Assembly: GCA_018064405.1 (NCBI GenBank)
Contig: JAGHVG010000003.1
Span: 49,152 to 113,151 of the forward strand
DNA length: 64,000 nt
Source: Candidatus Enterousia scatequi
GTDB lineage: Bacteria > Pseudomonadota > Alphaproteobacteria > Rs-D84
Direction of reading: 5' to 3'
The notes beneath the pieces were generated by a model. It ran no database searches and had not been told where the DNA came from. It saw only the letters and a list, made by a program, of their open reading frames with translations. Made by a program: the position numbers and the translations under genes. Of the stretch, positions 29,990 to 37,610 are shown in pieces; the first letter of the stretch is position 1, and each line of letters opens with the position of its first letter.

Positions 29990-30030
29990 TCATGGCGCGC
30001 GCAGTTTTTCTGTACGCGCCATAAATTTTC
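29990..30030 (+). terminator. terminator hairpin ATGGCGCGC...GCGCGCCAT followed by a T-run
   Basis: 8-bp GC stem flanking AGTTTTTCTGTA, then AAATTTTCTTTTTTTG. Confidence 0.45.
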
Positions 30031-30095
30031 TTTTTTTGTTACATAAACAAATTTGTTGAAAAATGAACTATATGCATGTAATATTGTTGGGTTGT

Positions 30096-30170
30096 GCCCC
30101 TATCGTCTAGCGGTTAGGACATCAGATTCTCATTCTGGTAACATGGGTTCGATTCCCGTTAGGGGTGCCA
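30096..30170 (+). tRNA. trnE: tRNA-Glu (anticodon reads CUC), CCA encoded
   Basis: GCCCCTATCGTCTAGCGGTTAGGACATCAGATTCTCATTCTGGTAACATGGGTTCGATTCCCGTTAGGGGTGCCA. Architecture matches bacterial tRNA-Glu (GTCTAG.GG..AGGAC D-arm, 4-nt variable loop). Anticodon loop is UUCUCAU. Confidence 0.8.
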
Positions 30171-30180
30171 AGATTTTTCC

Positions 30181-30561
30181 TTAAGAATTTAATATTTCTT
30201 GTTTGGCCTGGTGTAATAAATCCAGCAACACATCAATTGTATCCGCATCCAGTTTTGCAGATTTGCCACCAACATTATTGTGGGTATTCGGGTTGTTATT
30301 AGCCACAGTATCAGCCGATGGAAATTCGCCATCATGCAGCATCTTTTTAACACCTGCAATTGTCATACCACGGTTATATAATAAATCTTTTATCGTTGCT
30401 ATTTTTTCAACCGTATCAGCGCGGTAGTAACGGCGCCCACCCGCCCCAGTTGTTGGACGAATTGCCGTTGGAAACTGTTTTTCCCAATAGCGCAAAGTGT
30501 GCGCCGGCACAGATAAACGTTTTGAAACATCGTTTATTGATGTAAAATATTCTTTATCCAT
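30181..30561 (-). CDS. MerR-family transcriptional regulator
   Basis: N-terminal HTH (INDVSKRLSVPAHTLRYWEKQF...GGRRYYRADTVEKIATIKDLL). Located 13 nt downstream of gyrA on the same strand. Confidence 0.8.
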   Translation of the reverse strand: MDKEYFTSINDVSKRLSVPAHTLRYWEKQFPTAIRPTTGAGGRRYYRADTVEKIATIKDLLYNRGMTIAGVKKMLHDGEFPSADTVANNNPNTHNNVGGKSAKLDADTIDVLLDLLHQAKQEILNS

Positions 30562-30573
30562 GCCGACACCTTT

Positions 30574-33306
30574 TTATTCTGCGACAGTTGTATCTGATTC
30601 ATCCGCCGCATCATCATCGGAAACTATAGATATCGCAGATACAACCTTTTCATTATCCGCCGTTCTGAACAATGTCACACCCGCCGTTGAACGGCCCGCA
30701 ATACGAACATCTGAAACAGGGGTACGAATAATCTTGCCACCATCCGTCACCATAATAATATCATGGTTATCTGCCACAGGGAACGATCCCGCAACCGCGG
30801 TGTTTTTACCGCCCAGTTTAATATTCGTAAATCCGTTACCGCCACGATGGGTTGTGCGATATTCATACGAACTGGTGCGTTTACCGAATCCGTTTTCAGA
30901 AATCGTTAAGATGAATTCTTCGGATGCAGCCATTTTTGCCATCTGGTCAGAATCCAAAACAACATTTGTTTCTTCTTCATCTGAATCCGCCTCTTCATCA
31001 ATACCGGTTTCTGCACGACGTGCCGCACGTGATTGTTTGATATAAGCACTACGAACCGCACTATCATCTTCGCCATGCGTCAGCATTGCCATACCGATAA
31101 TCCGATCATCCTTGGCCAATGTTAGTCCGCGAACACCCGTTGAATTACGGCCTGCAAAAATACGAATCTCTGGCACTGGGAAACGGATACAACGACCGCG
31201 ATATGTCGCAAGGAATACATCCTGATCTTCGTTACATGGCAGAACAGAAATCAAACTGTCACCATCATCTAACTTCATCGCAATCTTACCGTTTGCACGA
31301 ATTGAATCAAAATCAGACATACGGTTACGACGCACTGTCCCGGATGCAGTTGCGAACATCAAGAAATGTTCCTTGCCTGATTCCTGGGCACGTTTAACGT
31401 CTTCTTCTGACACAGGTAAAATTGCAGTAATTGTTTCGTCTTTTTCAAGTGGTAACAAATTCACCAACGGGCGTCCCTTGGCCGCAGCTGCTGCCTCTGG
31501 TAATTTATATGTTTTTAATTTATAGCACAACCCCTTCGATGAAAAGAACAACAATGGTGTATGCGTGTTTGCAACAAACACCTGAACCACATAATCATCA
31601 TCCTTGGTCGCCATGGCGTTACGGCCCTTGCCCCCACGTTTTTGTGCGCGATATGTATCCAACGCAACACGTTTGATATATCCCGTGTTAGATACAGTCA
31701 CAACCATATCTTCACGTGCAATCAAATCTTCAATATCAATATCTATTTCTGCATCAGATATTTCTGTTCTGCGTGGGGATGCCCAACTATCGCGGACAGA
31801 TGCCGTTTCGTCACGAATGATTTGAATGATACGCTCATGACTGCCCAATATATCCAGCAAGTCCTTAATCACCGCACCCAGTTCTGTCAAATCAGCGTGC
31901 AATTTATCACGTTCCAGACCCGTCAAACGATGCAACTGTAATTCCAAGATTGCACGTGCCTGATCCTCAGACATATAGAACATACCATCACGATATTCAG
32001 TATTTGGATCATCAATCAATTCAATGTATGACGCAATATCAGATGCCGCCCAGCCACGCGCCAACAATGCCGCACGGGCTTCATCAGGATTCGCACTGGA
32101 TTTAATTAATTCAATCACTTCGTCCAGATTGCCAACCGCAACTGACAGCCCCAACAAAGTATGCGCACGATTACGCGCCTTGTTCAAATCAAATATAGTG
32201 CGACGACGTATAACTTCTTCACGGAATTCAATGAACGCATCCAACACAGTTCGCACCGTAAACAACATGGGACGACCGCGATTCAGCGCCATCATATTTA
32301 CCGGGAAATTCGTCTGCATTTCTGTATCCTGGAATAGATGATTCAGAACAACGTCATAAATCGCATCACGTTTTAATTCAATTACAATGCGCAGGCCTTC
32401 CTTGGACGATTCGTCACGAATTTCGGCAATACCTTCTATCTTTTTTTCCTTGGCCAATTCAGCAATTTTAATAATCATCTGGGCCTTGTTCACCTGATAT
32501 GGAATTTCATCAACAACAATTGCCTGGTGATCATGAAATGTTTCAGGGTGCGTCTTTGCGCGAACAATTATTGAACCACGACCCGTTGTGTGTGCCTTGT
32601 AAGAACCAGCACGTCCCATAATAATTGCGCCAGTTGGAAAGTCAGGTCCAGGGATAATCTGGAACAATTCATCATCAGATATTTCACGATTATCCAATAT
32701 CGCTAAAATACCATTACATACTTCGCCCAGGTTATATGTTGGAACATTTGTTGCCATACCAACCGCAATACCCGATCCACCATTTACCAAGAAATTTGGG
32801 AATTTGGTTGGCAAAACGATTGGTTCCTGCAATGTTCCATCAAAGTTCGGCTGCCAATCAACAGTATCCTTGTCCAAATCATCCATAAGCGATGCGCCAA
32901 GTTTTGATAAACGCGCCTCTGTATAACGCATAGCGGCGGGTTTATCGCCATCACGCGAACCAAAGTTACCCTGACCCTGGACCAACATTTCACCCATGGA
33001 AAAATCCTGGGCCATACGGGCCATGGCCTCGTAAATAGACGAATCGCCATGCGGGTGATAACGTCCCATAACATCACCAACGATACGCGCAGATTTAACC
33101 GTTGCCTTGGTTGCGGGTGCAACTTCGTTCATAACATACAAAATACGGCGGTGCACCGGTTTACAACCATCGCGAACATCAGGTAATGCGCGGTCAACAA
33201 TAACCGACATTGCATAGTCCAAAAAGCTGGTCCGCATTTCGTGTTCAATTGACGATTGTGGAACTTTCACAGCACATACTTCATTTACATTTTCATTTTC
33301 TGACAT
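30574..33306 (-). CDS. gyrA: DNA gyrase subunit A
   Basis: Conserved motifs: [26 protein letters not shown], the active-site Tyr region ([10 protein letters not shown]), and the GyrA box plus beta-pinwheel C-terminal domain. Start chosen at MSENEN (33306); the ORF is open to 33339. Confidence 0.95.
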   Translation of the reverse strand: MSENENVNEVCAVKVPQSSIEHEMRTSFLDYAMSVIVDRALPDVRDGCKPVHRRILYVMNEVAPATKATVKSARIVGDVMGRYHPHGDSSIYEAMARMAQDFSMGEMLVQGQGNFGSRDGDKPAAMRYTEARLSKLGASLMDDLDKDTVDWQPNFDGTLQEPIVLPTKFPNFLVNGGSGIAVGMATNVPTYNLGEVCNGILAILDNREISDDELFQIIPGPDFPTGAIIMGRAGSYKAHTTGRGSIIVRAKTHPETFHDHQAIVVDEIPYQVNKAQMIIKIAELAKEKKIEGIAEIRDESSKEGLRIVIELKRDAIYDVVLNHLFQDTEMQTNFPVNMMALNRGRPMLFTVRTVLDAFIEFREEVIRRRTIFDLNKARNRAHTLLGLSVAVGNLDEVIELIKSSANPDEARAALLARGWAASDIASYIELIDDPNTEYRDGMFYMSEDQARAILELQLHRLTGLERDKLHADLTELGAVIKDLLDILGSHERIIQIIRDETASVRDSWASPRRTEISDAEIDIDIEDLIAREDMVVTVSNTGYIKRVALDTYRAQKRGGKGRNAMATKDDDYVVQVFVANTHTPLLFFSSKGLCYKLKTYKLPEAAAAAKGRPLVNLLPLEKDETITAILPVSEEDVKRAQESGKEHFLMFATASGTVRRNRMSDFDSIRANGKIAMKLDDGDSLISVLPCNEDQDVFLATYRGRCIRFPVPEIRIFAGRNSTGVRGLTLAKDDRIIGMAMLTHGEDDSAVRSAYIKQSRAARRAETGIDEEADSDEEETNVVLDSDQMAKMAASEEFILTISENGFGKRTSSYEYRTTHRGGNGFTNIKLGGKNTAVAGSFPVADNHDIIMVTDGGKIIRTPVSDVRIAGRSTAGVTLFRTADNEKVVSAISIVSDDDAADESDTTVAE

Positions 33307-33389
33307 AACTTTATTTTCCCCTATGTATAACAGTGTCAAGATAGCAGATTTTTGCCATTGACGTCAAGAATTATTGCCAAAAAAATGCA

Positions 33390-33420
33390 TTGACAAAGCG
33401 ACTTTTTTTACTAGTATATT
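33390..33420 (+). promoter_or_regulatory. near-consensus sigma70 promoter (TTGACA-17-TAGTAT) driving the 33442 small ORF
   Basis: Read from the sequence. An AAGGGGG SD lies 6 nt upstream of the ATG at 33442. Confidence 0.4.
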
Positions 33421-33441
33421 CTTGGTCCAAAAGGGGGCATT

Positions 33442-33639
33442 ATGTCGTATATTAAGGGCAACTTACAAGAACTGCGCGACTATTTACAAGACACACTGAA
33501 TAACAATCCGGAAATGGGCGTTGCCAAGATTGATATTCAGTGCAGATTACATAATATCAACCTTATGCTGAAAGGGATTAACAGGGTTGAAGCTTTGATC
33601 GGTAAATTGGGTCGTGGATACAAAAACAAGGTAAAATAA
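33442..33639 (+). CDS. small hypothetical protein (65 aa)
   Basis: Has strong promoter and SD signals. No recognisable family. Confidence 0.4.
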   Translation: MSYIKGNLQELRDYLQDTLNNNPEMGVAKIDIQCRLHNINLMLKGINRVEALIGKLGRGYKNKVK

Positions 33640-33802
33640 ATGGAAAACAGGTTTTTTCTGCCCTTATGGGATTTTTTTATGGCTATATTCATTTATTACC
33701 TGTTCATAGAAGGACTAAAAAAACTAGGATTGGTAAAAAGTAAATAAAAATGTTGCGTTTTTATAAAACGTGTGATTAAATAGTGGCACAAAAGGATTTA
33801 TT

Positions 33803-33955
33803 ATGGCAACAAAGAGAACATATCAACCATCAAAAACACGTCGTGTAAAGACACACGGGTTTCGTGAAAAAATGGCAACAAAAAGTGGACGCGACGTATT
33901 GAATCGTCGTCGTGCGGCGGGCCGCAAACGTTTGGCCGTTTCCGCAATTAATTAA
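33803..33955 (+). CDS. rpmH: 50S ribosomal protein L34
   Basis: Reads [50 protein letters not shown] (50 aa). Too short for the ORF track, so found by reading the DNA. Confidence 0.88.
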   Translation: MATKRTYQPSKTRRVKTHGFREKMATKSGRDVLNRRRAAGRKRLAVSAIN

Positions 33956-33956
33956 A

Positions 33957-33987
33957 ACAACCGCCCAATCGGGCGGTTGTTTTTTTA
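33957..33987 (+). terminator. rho-independent terminator after rpmH (ACAACCGCCCAATCGGGCGGTTGT + T7)
   Basis: 10-bp GC-rich stem plus a T-run. Confidence 0.7.
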
Positions 33988-34015
33988 CGCGTTGCGATAC
34001 GCGTGATACATTTCA

Positions 34016-34870
34016 TCAATTACCGACCGACCCAAAAACGCCCGAACGGAAACCGGAATCGGACTGGACGTAGTCCGCACAGAAGCTAGCACAAGCGTAC
34101 GCGCAAGTGCCCGCATCGAAGAAGACGTAGTAGTCGTTGAACACCCAACGCGACACAGACGGTTCTGTCATCTTGCACCAGCAATACAGACTATTTTCCT
34201 CATCAAATGCTTCATCCGGATTGCCAGGTTTGGCATATGTCCCAGGCGTGCTGCTGCATAATGCCTCTCCCTTTATTTTATCACCTGTATATAATGTCAC
34301 ACCCCAGGTGTTGTCTTGCGTTAGACCGTATACGGACTCATTGGAACTATCTGGGTACCAACCATGAACACTGTCGTTGATGTATCCATAATCGCTTCCA
34401 CCTGTACTTGCATTAATACAACTGCTGAATCCGATGTCGTATGTGCCGGCAGAACACTGCAGACCCGACGATGCAGAATCTGCATACTTTTCAAACACAT
34501 ACTCGTTTGTCGTGGCGTTCCATATCATCATATGTTTACCAGACGTCGGTAATGTTCCAAGGTTCAGTTTCGTTATATCTATCATGCCCGCCAAATCTGC
34601 ATTTGTCACCGCACCATCCGCCAGATGTATCGTTTCTATGGCGCCATCCGCAAATAAATCTGTCCCAACCGTCGTTGCGACTACATTTCCCGAATTATCC
34701 GTTTGCAATACCATATTTTGTGTATAATTTGCATTATCTGCCTTTTTATCTATCTTGGCTTGCACATTATCGCGCATACTATTTACATGCGATACAGACG
34801 CTAAATCCGCAACAGCCGGTGATACAATCATACATAATAACGACAGTATACTTAATAAATGTCTGAACAT
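34016..34870 (-). CDS. secreted tail-fibre-like/Cys-rich family protein, paralog 1 (284 aa)
   Basis: Signal peptide ...SPAVA. N-terminus ADLASVSHVNSMRDNVQAKIDKKADN. Motifs WNATTNEYVFE, GSDYGYINDS and YGLTQDNTWGVTLYTGDKI. C-terminus YCWCKMTEPSVSRW...CAYACASFC...SVGN. Confidence 0.6.
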   Translation of the reverse strand: MFRHLLSILSLLCMIVSPAVADLASVSHVNSMRDNVQAKIDKKADNANYTQNMVLQTDNSGNVVATTVGTDLFADGAIETIHLADGAVTNADLAGMIDITKLNLGTLPTSGKHMMIWNATTNEYVFEKYADSASSGLQCSAGTYDIGFSSCINASTGGSDYGYINDSVHGWYPDSSNESVYGLTQDNTWGVTLYTGDKIKGEALCSSTPGTYAKPGNPDEAFDEENSLYCWCKMTEPSVSRWVFNDYYVFFDAGTCAYACASFCADYVQSDSGFRSGVFGSVGN

Positions 34871-34895
34871 ACTTTATCCCCCCGATTATAAAAAA

Positions 34896-35330
34896 TTAAT
34901 TACCACTAACGCCACCTGTTGGCGCAGAACCGCCATTACGACCAATGTTTTCCCACACAAAATTACCACTATCCGCATTGTATATCAGCATACATGACCC
35001 AGATGTGCATTTTGTCGGTAAATTCAATTTATTTATCCCAATACCACTTGCTATCTTTGCATTGGTGACATCACCGTCTTTTATCTTTGCAGAATTAACC
35101 GCATCATTCGCAATCATCCCAGACGCAATTTGACCCGTCTGCACCGCACCATTTGTTCCGGTGGTTACCAATGCTTTGTTCGTACCATTTTCAAATTTAT
35201 TATCTAATTTTCCAGAAATATTATCGTTCAAATTGTTTTCAACCGTCGATACATATGTCTTTGATGCCAAATCTGCCATCGCAGGCGATGTTAATAAAAA
35301 TACCCCTGCAATAAAAATAATGTATTTCAT
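34896..35330 (-). CDS. secreted tail-fibre-like family protein, paralog 2 (144 aa, N-terminal module only)
   Basis: From MKYIIFIAGVFLLTSPAMA. N-terminus ADLASKTYVSTVENNLNDNISGKLDNK. Motif CMLIYNADSGNFVWENI. Lies 25 nt upstream of paralog 1 on the same strand. Confidence 0.55.
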   Translation of the reverse strand: MKYIIFIAGVFLLTSPAMADLASKTYVSTVENNLNDNISGKLDNKFENGTNKALVTTGTNGAVQTGQIASGMIANDAVNSAKIKDGDVTNAKIASGIGINKLNLPTKCTSGSCMLIYNADSGNFVWENIGRNGGSAPTGGVSGN

Positions 35331-35566
35331 ATTTCCCCCTTTCGTATGAATTATAAAAACCACCGATTTTATTTGGTGGTTGGAGTTTAAGAACAATTAT
35401 ACAGAAATTGCGTGCATTATTCTTTATATTCTGCACACCCCAACCACACACGGTTGGAGAATTTTCATCTGTTTCAGATGCTGTATAACGGGTTCTTAAG
35501 CCCATCACGACAACACGTCGTGACAACACAATTATATAATATTTATAAAACACATGTAAACAAAAA

Positions 35567-35586
35567 AACGCACCAAATGGTGCGTT
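35567..35586 (-). terminator. terminator hairpin AACGCACCAAATGGTGCGTT after RNase J; an identical 30-mer recurs at 45181-45210
   Basis: Perfect 8-bp stem, AAAT loop and flanking T-run. Confidence 0.6.
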
Positions 35587-35588
35587 TT

Positions 35589-37352
35589 TTATTTCTGGAT
35601 AAAATGAATACTATATTGTGGTTTTTTATCTGCACCCAATGATGCACGAACCACACGGTTTGATGCGACCTGAACCGCCTTGGCAATGTTTTTTTGATCC
35701 TTGCGTTCTGCCTTGGTCAAATTATCAATTGCCTTGGTAATTTCAATCTGAATCTGGCGTTTCATAAATCCGGTATCATCAGATTCAAAAATACCAACAC
35801 TGGATACATCTGGCGTGCCCTTTAAAAATCCGCGTTTATCAACCGGCAACGTCACAAATACCGCACCATTTGATGCAACCTTTTTACGATTCTTGTAGAC
35901 CTGGTCATCAGCACTGCGTTCGGTTTCACCTTCCATCACGACAAAACTGGTTTCAATGGTTTCGCATACGTATGGCGCATCACCGTCACGCAGCGCAATC
36001 ATTTCACCATTATGCACGACCATCATATGCTTTGCACCACCACGTTCCATTGCCATTTTTCCGTTCAACATTTCGTTGATATAATCACCATGCATTGGGA
36101 TAGAAACCTGGGGGTGAACAATGTCATAAAACCGTTCATATTCAGGACGACCCGCATGTCCACTGGCGTGGATATTATCCGTATCAAATATAGTGTGCGT
36201 TTTAATGCCCATACGCGCCAATTTGTTATACAGGTTTGAAACATCCTGTTCACGACCCGGAATAATAATCGCACTGAACACAACCGTATCAGTTGGCATT
36301 AATTTTAATTCCTTTACCTGACCATGACACAGACGTGTCAGCATTGCGAATTTTTCACCCTGGGAACCTGTTAAGAATATCGCCTGTTTTTCCGCAGGTA
36401 AATCCTTGATATCATTATGGATATAGATTTCATCCTTGCCCAAATATCCCATATTTATAGCCATTTCGCGAAATTCAGGCAACCCAACATATGGCACAGG
36501 ATTTGGATTACTGCGTTCCTTGATTGCAGGAACACGACCCACCGCATGTGCTGCTTCGGCAAACATTTTCATACGTGCAATACTGCGCGAATAGCCCGTC
36601 ACAATAACGCGACCTGGGGCGTTTTTCATAATTTCAGTCAAACTATCGCGAACCTGGGTTTCAGTCACCTGTTTGGTCTGGCGTGATGCAGATGTTGAAT
36701 CACACACGCATGCCAATAATTTTGGATCAGAACCAATTTCACGCATACGCGCAAAATCTGTGCCATCTTCAATTGGGTTATCATCATTGAATGTCCAATC
36801 GCCTGTATGCAAAATTTTACCCGCAGGCGTTGATATTATTAACATCTGCGCTTCTGGCAACGAATGCGTGACATGAAATGTTTCAACCGTAAACGGTTTT
36901 AAATCTAACTTTGCACCATGATGGTCAAATTCAACAATATCCTTGCGCGGATCAAAATCCATTTCCAAACCTGCAAACGTTTGACGTAAAATTTCCGCCG
37001 GAAAACGTGTGCAATAAATTGGCTTTCTGAACTTTGGCCAAATAAATTTCAATGCGCCAATATGGTCTTCGTGACCGTGTGTAATGACAAATCCAACAAC
37101 ATCTTTTTTATGCTTTTCCAGCCATGTTGTATCGCAATATTGAACATCACCTGCACCGATTTCTTCTTCTAAGAAACCCATACCGCAATCAACAATCAGA
37201 TACTTGCCGCGATATTTATAAACATACATATTCTGGCCGACGTGTTCCAAACCGCCCAATGCCATAAAATATATCTTGTCGTCGTTTTTATCAGATTCAT
37301 GTGCCGGTTTGTCCGCGATTGGTGCCGGCTTTTTTTCCCTAACTTTTACCAT
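35589..37352 (-). CDS. rnj: ribonuclease J (beta-CASP metallo-beta-lactamase RNase)
   Basis: MBL motifs HGHEDHIG and DCGMGF; beta-CASP and C-terminal domains. 587 aa. Confidence 0.9.
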   Translation of the reverse strand: MVKVREKKPAPIADKPAHESDKNDDKIYFMALGGLEHVGQNMYVYKYRGKYLIVDCGMGFLEEEIGAGDVQYCDTTWLEKHKKDVVGFVITHGHEDHIGALKFIWPKFRKPIYCTRFPAEILRQTFAGLEMDFDPRKDIVEFDHHGAKLDLKPFTVETFHVTHSLPEAQMLIISTPAGKILHTGDWTFNDDNPIEDGTDFARMREIGSDPKLLACVCDSTSASRQTKQVTETQVRDSLTEIMKNAPGRVIVTGYSRSIARMKMFAEAAHAVGRVPAIKERSNPNPVPYVGLPEFREMAINMGYLGKDEIYIHNDIKDLPAEKQAIFLTGSQGEKFAMLTRLCHGQVKELKLMPTDTVVFSAIIIPGREQDVSNLYNKLARMGIKTHTIFDTDNIHASGHAGRPEYERFYDIVHPQVSIPMHGDYINEMLNGKMAMERGGAKHMMVVHNGEMIALRDGDAPYVCETIETSFVVMEGETERSADDQVYKNRKKVASNGAVFVTLPVDKRGFLKGTPDVSSVGIFESDDTGFMKRQIQIEITKAIDNLTKAERKDQKNIAKAVQVASNRVVRASLGADKKPQYSIHFIQK

Positions 37353-37582
37353 TTATAATCCTTTATTAAAGTTAATATTCACGCCACCACCATAAATTCA
37401 TTGCCAATAAAGATTGACTTTATTTGTAGTGAATCCGTGTGATGACGCACCCGTGGCAGTTTCCCCGATTGAAGTATTCATGGATAAAATATCTATTGGG
37501 GATAAAACCGAACATAAATATGTCCGCCCTGCTACACCCTATAAATAATAGTATTTTTATTCTGAAAATCAAGGTTTATTAA

Positions 37583-37604
37583 AAACGCACCATAATTGGT
37601 GCGT
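37583..37604 (-). terminator. terminator hairpin AACGCACCATAATTGGTGCGTT
   Basis: Downstream of the 37611 gene on the minus strand; a T-run follows on that strand. Confidence 0.55.
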
Positions 37605-37610
37605 TGGTAT

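Noticed and set aside
35239-35553. 104-aa minus-strand ORF overlapping the paralog-2 start and leader
   Set aside because: Overlaps a better-supported gene start with SD. Product has no features. Most likely non-coding leader.
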